Origin: a virus
Reading direction: 5' to 3' (one strand)
Length of the DNA stretch: 64,000 nt
Virus record (IMG/VR): IMGVR_UViG_3300045988_078288
Under the pieces are notes generated by a model. It was not told the origin of the DNA. It ran no database searches and worked only from the letters and a program-made list of their open reading frames with translations. The translations under genes and the position numbers were made by a program. Position 1 is the stretch's first letter; every line of letters begins with the position of its first letter. Of the stretch, positions 38,428 to 47,134 are shown piece after piece.

Positions 38428-38937
38428 CTAAAGGCATTTCCTTCGCCCGTATTCGCATATCAGCGTTGCGTCACATTTGTTGTCGTCTACGTTCTTGCAC
38501 TTGCTTGTACGCCTAAAATCTTCGGTCGGGAACAGTCGTCTTGCGGCGTTGATGGATGTCGCCTTGTTGTCAGTGCTTTTCTTTCCGCAATAACTCTTGA
38601 CAACCTTATCGTGACTTATCCAAATCTCCTTCTGCCAAGTCTTCGGAGGTACAAGATGATAGGGTATCTCAAGCGCAATCAACAGACCTTGCAGTACTCC
38701 GAACGTTTCTCCGAACGAGAATGTGGACTTTGCTGACGAACCGAAGATGGCGTGTATCTCCTCCATACAGCACACGCAACTTTCCTCACACACCGTCTTG
38801 ATGTTTTTCAGAAACAGTGCAATATCGTGATAATCGCAGTCCTGCAAGGAGCAATACTCACGCGTATCGTCAGGGTGCATTACTGCTATGAAACCCTTTG
38901 AGCCAGGGTCTATGCCGATGTATGTCTTGTTTGCCAT
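38428..38937 (-). CDS. RuvC-like Holliday junction resolvase
   Basis: N-terminal YIGIDPGSKGFIAV, then ...MEEIH...SFGETFGVLQGLL...VPPKTWQK, typical of the RuvC fold. Confidence 0.75.
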   Translation of the reverse strand: MANKTYIGIDPGSKGFIAVMHPDDTREYCSLQDCDYHDIALFLKNIKTVCEESCVCCMEEIHAIFGSSAKSTFSFGETFGVLQGLLIALEIPYHLVPPKTWQKEIWISHDKVVKSYCGKKSTDNKATSINAARRLFPTEDFRRTSKCKNVDDNKCDATLICEYGRRKCL

Positions 38938-38938
38938 G

Positions 38939-39445
38939 TTATTTTACTCCTGTTGAATTAAAACCGTTGTCGCCACGCTTCTTGTCATCATTTTCTTGAA
39001 TTTTGATGACACCGCTCACAAGTTCCGTGTTTGGTATCTCCACAATGCGCATCTGCGCTATCTTGGTGCCGGCTGGGATAATAATGTTCTTTGACAGATA
39101 GCTGCCTATCCCAAAGGTTTTTACGATTGCGTTCACCTCGCCAGTGTAACCGCTGTCTATCAAGCCGATTTTCACGTCGGCATCAATGCGGACTTCGACA
39201 AACTCTCCTTTGAAGTGCTCTCTTCGGGCGTACAAGCCCTTGGAAGACATACCGCTTCTTGGTTGTATAACTGCTGCGAGGTGTTTGGGCAGTTGCATTT
39301 TGAAGCCGAGCGGTATTGCGTAGCGCTCCCAGTCGAACACTTTTACGTCTTCCTTGGTGAACACATCATACGCCGCGTCGGCATCGTGCGCCTTTTCGGG
39401 CATCCTGCCGCCACAAAGTTCTATTACTATCTTCTCTCTTTCCAT
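38939..39445 (-). CDS. dut: dUTP diphosphatase
   Basis: AAYDV..., PRSG, and GLIDSGYTGEV motifs. Confidence 0.8.
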   Translation of the reverse strand: MEREKIVIELCGGRMPEKAHDADAAYDVFTKEDVKVFDWERYAIPLGFKMQLPKHLAAVIQPRSGMSSKGLYARREHFKGEFVEVRIDADVKIGLIDSGYTGEVNAIVKTFGIGSYLSKNIIIPAGTKIAQMRIVEIPNTELVSGVIKIQENDDKKRGDNGFNSTGVK

Positions 39446-39459
39446 TTTGTTTTTGTTTA

Positions 39460-39633
39460 TTATTTCTTACCGTTCCACTTTACAAACTCCTCACAAGCCT
39501 CATCTTCGCCCATTACGAACGTGTAGAGGTCTTTGGCGAGGCAATAGGGTGCGCTGTCTGCATCCTCGTCCGCAAACATTGCGCAGTCCTTGCACTTATA
39601 ATACTCCTTGCGCTTATCTCCTTTCTTAATCAT
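39460..39633 (-). CDS. Small Cys-containing protein (57 aa), hypothetical
   Basis: Not in the ORF track (below 60 aa). Sequence is MIKKGDKRKEYYKCKDCAMFADEDADSAPYCLAKDLYTFVMGEDEACEEFVKWNGKK. The ATG overlaps the upstream TGA (ATGA). Confidence 0.4.
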   Translation of the reverse strand: MIKKGDKRKEYYKCKDCAMFADEDADSAPYCLAKDLYTFVMGEDEACEEFVKWNGKK

Positions 39634-40058
39634 AAGCTGTTCCTATTTACATGAACATTATAATCTTCCTCACTAATTTTGTAAAATTCCGCACTCTCGG
39701 AGTAATAGCCGTTACTTGTTCCAAACCATCGAATAGTGACATCCCCATGAAACGTTGCTAAATGATAAAATGTCCAAGTATAAGTATCTTCAATACATTC
39801 TTCATCTACAGGATAGTCGTTGTTTAACTCTTCCGCTGTCAGTATTTCCTCATTCAGTAAATCAGCGAAATCGCCGCAAATATCATCTATATATACATTC
39901 TCGCAACAGTCTTGATTGTGCGTCATAATGTAAAATTCTCCATCAGCGGTTTTGAAAAACAAAGCATCGTTTGAGTCATAATGGCTTCTCTCGACCTCAA
40001 CGAGTGTTTTTCCTTTTAGCACATCAATGTCGCGATAGTTTTCAAATCCCAAAAACAT
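39630..40058 (-). CDS. Hypothetical protein (HNQDCCE motif family)
   Basis: 142-aa acidic ORF containing THNQDCCENVYIDDICGD. Confidence 0.55.
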   Translation of the reverse strand: MFLGFENYRDIDVLKGKTLVEVERSHYDSNDALFFKTADGEFYIMTHNQDCCENVYIDDICGDFADLLNEEILTAEELNNDYPVDEECIEDTYTWTFYHLATFHGDVTIRWFGTSNGYYSESAEFYKISEEDYNVHVNRNSL

Positions 40059-40075
40059 AAGCTATTCCTCCTATA

Positions 40076-40402
40076 TTAAACCCCAAAACAAAACCAAAGC
40101 ACACAAGCAACCTTCATTTTTTCTTTAGAAAGTAATTCAAAACAATCAAGGTTATAATCCTTACTGACACAAACCCTAATTTGAGGTGCAAATTGTTTTT
40201 GTTTCACAGCGATTGTATATAATGATTCGTGGGGGAAAACTGAATTTACATCCTCAACAACCGCGCACATAACCCTGCCATCTTTTCTGACTTCCGCATA
40301 ACTTTCTATTTGCTGCTTTAGCTTTCCGACAGAATTATTTAGAAAAAATTCTTTTGGCGCAAGAAAAATGTCACCAAGTTTTAATTTTTCATTTTTATCC
40401 AT
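40076..40402 (-). CDS. Hypothetical protein
   Basis: 108-aa ORF. Confidence 0.5.
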   Translation of the reverse strand: MDKNEKLKLGDIFLAPKEFFLNNSVGKLKQQIESYAEVRKDGRVMCAVVEDVNSVFPHESLYTIAVKQKQFAPQIRVCVSKDYNLDCFELLSKEKMKVACVLWFCFGV

Positions 40403-40405
40403 AAG

Positions 40406-40837
40406 CTATTCCTCCTTGTCTTTAATTTCTATAAAATCACCGACTCCCAAACGAGCGTTGTTGATACAATTACATATCCAACCCATAAGGTATGCCTGGT
40501 GCTCATTTCTGCCGTTATACATCCTTTCCAAGTCGCACGCATCGTTGATAGACGATAGAACATGATATGCCTCATGGCAGATATTTTTCATAGTCATATC
40601 CTTCTTCTTTGGAAAGACAACGAGATTACCGAAGTATTTCCCTGCCTTACTCATACATTCGTCATAAACCATACCTCCGTAGTTTCCTTCACTCATAGGC
40701 TCGCCGTTGTGAACAAGAGGCTCGCCTTTCATGTTGGTAAAGCATTTGTCTATTTCTTCTTCCGACGTATTGTACATCACCCAAAGTTTCCTTGGGTAAA
40801 TCTGCGGTGTATATTCGTAATATCCTTTCTTCTTCAT
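40406..40837 (-). CDS. Small putative zinc metallopeptidase (HExxH), paralog of 3251-3631
   Basis: ICHEAYHV motif followed by NEHQAYLMGWIC, the same layout as IGHELLHV...GEQACYIMGELC. Confidence 0.55.
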   Translation of the reverse strand: MKKKGYYEYTPQIYPRKLWVMYNTSEEEIDKCFTNMKGEPLVHNGEPMSEGNYGGMVYDECMSKAGKYFGNLVVFPKKKDMTMKNICHEAYHVLSSINDACDLERMYNGRNEHQAYLMGWICNCINNARLGVGDFIEIKDKEE

Positions 40838-41187
40838 AATTCACGAATTAGCTTAGTTATACGCTTGTATTCCTTAATGATTGGAGCATCAAACCATTGT
40901 GTTTTAACGATATATGTCCTACCTTGTTTTATAACTCCAACGAGTTGGGCATTACCCCAGACTCCATACAAATCTATACGATACGCTCCCTTATCTGTAG
41001 CCACAAGATAATAGGTCTCTGTACCAAACGATTCTTTGTTACCAGACGTTTCTACGATTTTATCGACAGAGTAAACCGTAATAGTGTCGTACAACTTACG
41101 ATTGCCTCCTTGGAATCTCTGACTCCTGCTACACGATGCCAATAGCGACACCACCGCAACTAATGCAAATAATAAAAACTTCTTCAT
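40834..41187 (-). CDS. Lipoprotein, hypothetical
   Basis: Signal peptide MKKFLLFALVAVVSLLASC with a lipobox Cys. Confidence 0.65.
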   Translation of the reverse strand: MKKFLLFALVAVVSLLASCSRSQRFQGGNRKLYDTITVYSVDKIVETSGNKESFGTETYYLVATDKGAYRIDLYGVWGNAQLVGVIKQGRTYIVKTQWFDAPIIKEYKRITKLIREL

Positions 41188-41194
41188 ATCTCAA

Positions 41195-41566
41195 CTATTT
41201 TATTTTAACTATGTCAACTATTTCTATTGGCGCAATAGATTTGATATAATGATACCCTAACGGATCTGTATAGTTCAAGCTATTCCACCCTCTCCCGACA
41301 CGAACATACGGAACCCTGCATGTACGGATGTTTATGCTATCCGCTTTGTCAGGGTAATGGATAACAATGGTTGCAGAATACCATACCGTATCGTCTTTAA
41401 CAAATCCGCCGTTCTTGTATTTTTCACTTTGCCAAATAACAAAACCAAAGATTAAAACCGCTAAGGCAAAAAGTGATAAAAAACACATTTCTGCACTCCA
41501 GTCATTCAACCATCTTTTCACGTTCATATCCTCAATATTTATTTGTGCAACCTTCCGATATGCCAC
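41195..41566 (-). CDS. Membrane protein, hypothetical
   Basis: 123 aa with one TM (MCFLSLFALAVLIFGFVIW). An alternative start at 41527 is possible. Confidence 0.5.
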   Translation of the reverse strand: MAYRKVAQINIEDMNVKRWLNDWSAEMCFLSLFALAVLIFGFVIWQSEKYKNGGFVKDDTVWYSATIVIHYPDKADSINIRTCRVPYVRVGRGWNSLNYTDPLGYHYIKSIAPIEIVDIVKIK

Positions 41567-41763
41567 TTAGAGCACAGTTCGCAGAAATACGGACGTTCTC
41601 CCATTGTTTTCAGCTTCGGGTTCTGCTCAAGAAACTCCCATGCCTCATCCTCGGTATCGTAGCCAATCTTCTGCTTCCACGAGTTCCCCTTGCGAGTCCA
41701 ATGTCTTGCGTCGGGATGCAGGGTGGAGTAGGGTGCTTTGTTGCGGTATCTGTTTTTGCTCAT
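41539..41763 (-). CDS. Small basic protein with a C-terminal CxxC...H motif, hypothetical
   Basis: The ATG at 41763 overlaps the methyltransferase TGA (ATGA). Ends ...YFCELCSKWHIGRLHK. Confidence 0.5.
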   Translation of the reverse strand: MSKNRYRNKAPYSTLHPDARHWTRKGNSWKQKIGYDTEDEAWEFLEQNPKLKTMGERPYFCELCSKWHIGRLHK

Positions 41764-42365
41764 ATCCATTTTACGGTTGTTTCTCCGTTGTAACCTTTCT
41801 GCCATACAAACCATGCGTAGCTGACTGCACTACCGCCACCATTGCGCATTGCAGCGAACTTGCCGTTCTTTGCGCACAGCACTCTCTTTGAGAATTGCAG
41901 TACATACTTAGGCGGCGTGTTCTTATAGAGACTCTCGTAGCGTTTCTGACCCTCCAGGAATGTTGTCTTGAGAAACATCACACACAAGCCTCCGTTAGGA
42001 AGCAAGCCAAGCGAGTGCAGCACGAACTCCGATGCGTACTTGTAGGGTGGGTTGGTCAGTATGCACTTGCAGCTGTCGGGCATCGTATCCGCTTTAAAGA
42101 AGTCCTGCACATCGCCGTACCCCCGGTCTATAAGGTCGGTGCTCACGACATCGTGCCCGAACTCAATAAGACGCTCTGACAAGCATCCAGTACCACAAGC
42201 GCACTCCCAAATCTTCTTCGGCAGCTCGAAGTTGCGGACAAGTCTGTCAATCGCAACAGGGCTCGTAGCGTAGAAATCGTGCTCCTCACGCTCCTTGTCC
42301 GTGTGATTGCTCGCACCGATTGTTATGAAGGTGCTCTTGCCGTTTCCGCTCCAGTCCTTAGTCAT
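41760..42365 (-). CDS. N6-adenine DNA methyltransferase
   Basis: Motif I ECACGTGCL and motif IV ILTNPPY. Confidence 0.8.
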   Translation of the reverse strand: MTKDWSGNGKSTFITIGASNHTDKEREEHDFYATSPVAIDRLVRNFELPKKIWECACGTGCLSERLIEFGHDVVSTDLIDRGYGDVQDFFKADTMPDSCKCILTNPPYKYASEFVLHSLGLLPNGGLCVMFLKTTFLEGQKRYESLYKNTPPKYVLQFSKRVLCAKNGKFAAMRNGGGSAVSYAWFVWQKGYNGETTVKWI

Positions 42366-43165
42366 TACTCAACTTGTTTGTAACCCAAATTATTAAGTGT
42401 CCTGCGGATAAAATCCATTCCCTTTTGATAGACGAGTGTCTTGATGCTAATTTTCACACCGTCATGCGTCGTGTATTTCTGTTCTATCGTGCGGAAATAT
42501 CCACAGTCAACATACTTCTGATATGGGAGATTGTTCCACATGAGTATTTTCGCGTTGCGCAGAATTTCAAACAACTTGTTTCTGCCGATATTCTTGAAGT
42601 GGAGGGTATTCGCAGCTGCCTTGATGTCGATGGCGGTCTTGCTTTCAGCCACTGCTTCAAAGAACTCTACTTTCGGCTTCTGCACCTCAAGCTGCTTCTG
42701 CTGTGCTTCTATCTGCTCCTGCTGCTTGGCAGCAAGCATAAGAGCCTGGGAAAACGTCTGCGGAACGCCCGAACTCTGACGTATCTGTTGTTCCATGGCG
42801 TTAAAGGCATTCATATACTCCAGCTTGAAAGCCAAAGCCTTCGACCCCGTAAAGCCCATAGCCAACAGAGTAAAGCCGTCCCTGTTCATCACGTAGATAG
42901 GCAGCTTCTTCACACCGCCACCAACAGGCATCGGCTGTTCCACCTCCGTAAGGGAAAACATCTTTGCAAGTTGCTGATTGTCAACGAAAAGTGTTTTTTC
43001 ACTTGTCGTTGACAGTAAATTATTAATAGCCTTTAGAACATTGTGATGTTCCTTGCCAAACTTCTCTGCAACAATCACACTTGTCGTCAGAGCCTGATTA
43101 TCGTTACTTCTAAATACAATCTCTTGCATATTATTAGATTTTAAGTTGCAATTACTTTTTGTCAT
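42365..43165 (-). CDS. Phage antirepressor (Rha N-terminal domain plus KilAC/ANT C-terminal domain)
   Basis: N-terminus ...ALTTSVIVAEKFGKEHHNVLKAINNL is Rha-like. C-terminus ...IGRNKLFEILRNAKILMWNNLPYQKYVDCGYF is KilAC-like. An alternative ATG is at 43129. Confidence 0.75.
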   Translation of the reverse strand: MTKSNCNLKSNNMQEIVFRSNDNQALTTSVIVAEKFGKEHHNVLKAINNLLSTTSEKTLFVDNQQLAKMFSLTEVEQPMPVGGGVKKLPIYVMNRDGFTLLAMGFTGSKALAFKLEYMNAFNAMEQQIRQSSGVPQTFSQALMLAAKQQEQIEAQQKQLEVQKPKVEFFEAVAESKTAIDIKAAANTLHFKNIGRNKLFEILRNAKILMWNNLPYQKYVDCGYFRTIEQKYTTHDGVKISIKTLVYQKGMDFIRRTLNNLGYKQVE

Positions 43166-43376
43166 TTATTGTTTCCACTCGCAGCTTGATATGTTCAGCC
43201 GAACCATACCAGGTGTATCTCTCCACGGCTGAAGCATTTTCTGCTGCTTCAATGGAGTTTTTGAGTGCTTCACACGCCTCTTTGTCCGAAAGCCCCATGT
43301 TTCTTGTAGCACTAAGGAATAGTTTGGCAAATGCTTCTATTCCGCTTTCTTCGGGGTCTAAAACAATCTTCGCCAT
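43152..43376 (-). CDS. Hypothetical protein
   Basis: The ATG at 43376 (MAKIVLDPEES...) lies just after the upstream stop. Confidence 0.5.
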   Translation of the reverse strand: MAKIVLDPEESGIEAFAKLFLSATRNMGLSDKEACEALKNSIEAAENASAVERYTWYGSAEHIKLRVETINDKK

Positions 43377-43377
43377 A

Positions 43378-44169
43378 TTACTTCCTTGTCTTGTCAAGTT
43401 CCATAATCGTAAGTATCGCATAGTTCGCAAGGTCAAGCAATGAGTCTCTCATACTCTCGTCCTTCACCTTCGCCTCGTCAGACATCAGAGACTTCACGCG
43501 CTTTAGCTTCTCGGACAGGTGCCCGTAGGCGTATGTCATACCGCACTCCGCAAACAATTCCGAGAAGCTATTGCCGTAGTCGTGATTCTTCGCCTTGAAG
43601 GTGTCGTACATGCCGTTGGTAATGTCGCGGAACGCATCGGCATCTCCAGTTGGCTGTTCAGTAAACGCGGAAAGCTTTGAAAGAACGTCAATCGGATCAA
43701 GGGAACATCCGTAATGCTCCATACGGTATTTTTTTCCGCCGCTGCGACTGCCACCACAAATAAAGTTGTACGCCCAGTCGTTCTTCGGGTTCTCTGTACT
43801 GAAAATATGGCAGAGATTAGCGTCGATGGCACGTCTTCCGTGTTGCATCACGTCGCCCAGGGATATGTAGAGCGGTTTCTTCCCGAGCGCATCGCTGCGC
43901 ACCTTGATGTACTCGCCGACCCATGCGCAATGCGGGTCTTTCTTGTCAGCGGAGCTTATCAGCTTCGGACCGCCGCACACCTCGAAAAGCGGTACTTTGG
44001 GCGTTACATAGTTTTTGTCTCCGTGCGGAGTTTTCAGCGTTGTCAGATACTGGATGGATTCACACATATCCGTGGCAAGACAAAAGCTCGCCACTTGATA
44101 CTTCCTCCTGATTATATCGTTGGGCATCCTAAACTTCAAGCCCTCCTTTATGTCCTCTCTGTTAATCAT
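43378..44169 (-). CDS. Two-domain protein: N-terminal domain shared with 44203-44553, C-terminal DUF1599-like domain
   Basis: C-terminal ...KNHDYGNSFSE...YGHLSEKLKRVKSLM...LLDLANYAILT resembles DUF1599. The N-terminal EDIKEGLKF... is paralogous to the next gene. Confidence 0.55.
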   Translation of the reverse strand: MINREDIKEGLKFRMPNDIIRRKYQVASFCLATDMCESIQYLTTLKTPHGDKNYVTPKVPLFEVCGGPKLISSADKKDPHCAWVGEYIKVRSDALGKKPLYISLGDVMQHGRRAIDANLCHIFSTENPKNDWAYNFICGGSRSGGKKYRMEHYGCSLDPIDVLSKLSAFTEQPTGDADAFRDITNGMYDTFKAKNHDYGNSFSELFAECGMTYAYGHLSEKLKRVKSLMSDEAKVKDESMRDSLLDLANYAILTIMELDKTRK

Positions 44170-44202
44170 TGTTACTACTCCTTTCTTTGATTCAACCTTT
44201 TT

Positions 44203-44553
44203 CTATATTAATGTCTCACCACGCTCCACAATATCTTTAGTTGAAAGGTAAAATACCTCATTTTCAATCTCGTCACAAGTTACTTTTACAAAGGATCCTA
44301 AATGATGAGGTTTAGAGGAGGTCTCAAAATACTCTCTCGGACTATCTACAACCTTAAAAAAAGGACGACCTACGGTTGCAATGATTTTAAATCCTTCAAG
44401 AGTCTCTAAATCTGTCCTGTACCTCGGTAATACAGGACAGTCTTCGCCCATTATTTGACGATGACGAAATCTTGCCACCTCTTCTTCGTATTCTCTCAAT
44501 CTGATCGGAAGAATGAACTCTAAACCTATCTTAATATCTTCTTTCTCAATCAC
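44203..44553 (-). CDS. Hypothetical protein (paralog of the N-terminal domain of 43378-44169)
   Basis: A GTG start at 44553 is inferred because its leader (AAAGAAAGGAGTAACAGTG) duplicates the leader of 43378-44169 (AAAGAAAGGAGTAGTAACAATG). Confidence 0.5.
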   Translation of the reverse strand: MIEKEDIKIGLEFILPIRLREYEEEVARFRHRQIMGEDCPVLPRYRTDLETLEGFKIIATVGRPFFKVVDSPREYFETSSKPHHLGSFVKVTCDEIENEVFYLSTKDIVERGETLI

Positions 44554-44962
44554 TGTTACTCCTTTCTTTGAACGGCACCCATATCTCCTCCATCTCACGC
44601 ATCGCAAGCTCGTAGGCATCTATATCGCCCTCCGTAGGGTTGTTATTGCTGTGATAAACAACAATGGCAAACACAAAGTAACGAAAGATTATTGCCGCAT
44701 CGTAATATTGACGTGGATGACGCAAAAAATTGCAACAACCATACTTACCACCGTCAGGCAGCGTGCCGTCACCAGATACCACAAGCACATTGAGAGGACG
44801 AGTCACCCATTGTATGTCTATAGGCTCTCCCGATTTTATACGCTCTTTCAACTCCTGCGCCTCGCAGTACCATGCGTGAAGAGCACCATCACCGGCATAC
44901 TGCACCTTTGGTATAGGGCATTTCAGCAGACGCTGCAAATCATCCAATAACTCCTGTTTCAT
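44546..44962 (-). CDS. Hypothetical protein
   Basis: 138-aa ORF. Confidence 0.55.
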   Translation of the reverse strand: MKQELLDDLQRLLKCPIPKVQYAGDGALHAWYCEAQELKERIKSGEPIDIQWVTRPLNVLVVSGDGTLPDGGKYGCCNFLRHPRQYYDAAIIFRYFVFAIVVYHSNNNPTEGDIDAYELAMREMEEIWVPFKERSNSD

Positions 44963-45255
44963 ATCTCGTTCTTGTTTTTACCTTCTTGTTTCTTTGTAAT
45001 GTCTGACATATAACGGTATATATTCCTCGCCATACCGTTACACCAGTCGTCAACAAACGGGTCGCTCTCGAATAGTGGCAGTTTCTTGAAGTCAGTCTTG
45101 AACCAATTAGCGAACTGCAACAACACATAGCGCATCACAGCTACATCATGGGCATTATCCATCGCTCCATCAAGATTTCGCAAAGCTCTTTCCGATAACT
45201 CGCGCAAATTGTGATACCCGTAGAGTATTCGTCTATTTTTATTTTTTTTCTTCAT
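44959..45255 (-). CDS. Hypothetical protein
   Basis: 98-aa ORF with an ATGA overlap with the downstream gene. Confidence 0.5.
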   Translation of the reverse strand: MKKKNKNRRILYGYHNLRELSERALRNLDGAMDNAHDVAVMRYVLLQFANWFKTDFKKLPLFESDPFVDDWCNGMARNIYRYMSDITKKQEGKNKNEI

Positions 45256-45332
45256 TTAAACCATTATTTTAAAATAACCTATAACTTCTTTTATCGGCAT
45301 ACTAAACATGCTATCCTCTGTAATTCCCGACT

Positions 45333-45584
45333 TTATAATTCACATTCGTTATATAATTGATAAAGCGGATATGAGAGCATACATACAAGACCCAGTACCA
45401 TAAATCCAGCTACCAATGACTTGGTGAATGCAGCCGTTACGGCAGAAATAGAAAACATTATCACTCCGAATACCATCAACAACATGAAACGCCTGCGCCA
45501 TCTGCGGCGCTTAATCCTCGCCATCTTTTCCTCCTCCAACTCTTTTTCAAGTCTTTCCATGAGGTTTTCCATTCCGTTTCCCAT
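45333..45584 (-). CDS. Small membrane protein, hypothetical
   Basis: 83 aa with a charged N-terminus and two hydrophobic helices. First gene of the - strand replication block. Confidence 0.5.
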   Translation of the reverse strand: MGNGMENLMERLEKELEEEKMARIKRRRWRRRFMLLMVFGVIMFSISAVTAAFTKSLVAGFMVLGLVCMLSYPLYQLYNECEL

Positions 45585-46543
45585 ACTTTTACAATTAATT
45601 TTACTACTTTTGCATCTGATAAAACCAGTCCGTAGAGACGGTCAATTCCGATTAACAGAAAATGAACGATTAATGTAGGTTCCAAATGCAGCCAAATCCC
45701 CGATAAACACGGGGTTTGTGTAGGTAGTGTATGATAAGGTTCTCAACCCCTATCCTCACATGCCTCTGAAACGAAGGTACAAAATAAGTTCTACAATCAT
45801 ACACAAACTCCCGTAAATACGAGGTTTTTGGTGCATTTTTATCCTACATCGAGTGTATAATAAATATACATAGCTATTCGGCGACAAAGAGATGTTCCAC
45901 TTCCCAGTTTCAACCGCCAGGAAGTTAACAAAACTGAATATACATAAATATACAAGTTTACAGTTTTTAACAAATGGGAACATAAGTTTACACAAAGTCA
46001 AAAATCGGAAGAAAAAATTTTTAAAAGAGGTGACTATGCCGTCAAATAGTCAATTCTCAGGGGGGCGCACCCTGTTTTCTTTATATTATATGCAATAATA
46101 TAACGTTAAAAAGTGCTAAACGTACATTTTATGTTTCACGCTTGCCTTATATTATAAAAAGTTGTAACCGCTTAAAAATCAATACATTATACATTTATAT
46201 TAATTTCTAATGTGTATAAATATAATGTTTCACGATTTGTTAAACATATTTAAATTTTGACAGGTTGTCACTGACAATTAAGATTTATTAAGTTAAAATT
46301 GTCACTTTGTCAGTCTTTATGCATATAATGTATATTTATACACCACAAAAATCTTGTAACACATTGATATATAACAAGTTAGCTATTTGTTAAAATTGTT
46401 AATTCATCTGTCAGTTGCACGCCTTTTGCTTTATATATAGTATAAACATAGGGTGCTGCCTGTCGTACGTCCCACGGCACGGCGCTACACTGATAGAGAT
46501 AGAGACAGGGACGCAATACAATAACATCTAATTATACAAGATT
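45585..46543. promoter_or_regulatory. AT-rich divergent control region (no credible CDS)
   Basis: About 960 bp between divergent operons. Contains repeated hairpins and TGTCA/TGACA half-sites. Confidence 0.6.
46258..46404. promoter_or_regulatory. Cluster of TGTCA/TGACA half-sites (candidate operators)
   Basis: TGACAGGTTGTCACTGACAA (46258-46277, includes the palindrome TTGTCAcTGACAA), TTGTCACTTTGTCAG (46299-46313) and CTGTCAG (46398-46404). Confidence 0.45.
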
Positions 46544-47077
46544 ATGACAAACAAGGAATTGCAAGACGTTTTGAAAGCGTCAGAAACAGTGGTTAACAAT
46601 GTGGCAGTGTGCGAATTGCTTAATACTGAAGTACAACAGCAAGCAAAGAAGGAAACCGAACGCCCAACGGCTTACGACTCCCTGTACTCACTATATAAGG
46701 AGTACACGAGAGCAAAGCAAGAATACGACAACGCCGTAAATTATTGCTTGTGGCTTGATGAAGAATTCAGCGGATGTGCGAACGTCGCCATATCTTTTGC
46801 AGTTGAATCGGTTGCACACACACGGGGTTTGAGTGGTTTTGCCAAGTGGTTTAAAACCAACAGGGAAATAAACACGCCCTTTGTGTCTTCTTTGCCACAA
46901 CTTGCAGCGTATGTGCTCGCAGCAGTTAAGGACTACGAAAAGAGCCTTAAAGCGGTCGAGGATAAGAAGACAGAAAGAAAGAGCCTACAGGAAAGACTCG
47001 CTGCTGCACGTGCTGCACTCGCAGCAGTAGAAGAAGAAGTAGCACAGGCAGACAAGAAACAGGCAGACAAGAAGTAA
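46544..47077 (+). CDS. Hypothetical early protein (C-terminal coiled coil)
   Basis: 177 aa with start context AGATTATG. Followed by a strong terminator. Confidence 0.6.
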   Translation: MTNKELQDVLKASETVVNNVAVCELLNTEVQQQAKKETERPTAYDSLYSLYKEYTRAKQEYDNAVNYCLWLDEEFSGCANVAISFAVESVAHTRGLSGFAKWFKTNREINTPFVSSLPQLAAYVLAAVKDYEKSLKAVEDKKTERKSLQERLAAARAALAAVEEEVAQADKKQADKK

Positions 47078-47105
47078 CACACAACACACAACACACACGA
47101 AACAG

Positions 47106-47134
47106 GGTGCACCGCTATTCGGTGCACCTTTTTT
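47106..47134 (+). terminator. Intrinsic terminator
   Basis: GGTGCACC-GCTATTC-GGTGCACC followed by T6. Confidence 0.8.

Noticed and set aside
45756-46098. Track ORFs in the control region (45756-46001 minus, 45892-46098 plus)
   Set aside because: These are AT-rich sequences with implausible, low-complexity translations and no start context or coupling to neighbours. The region is better explained as regulatory DNA.
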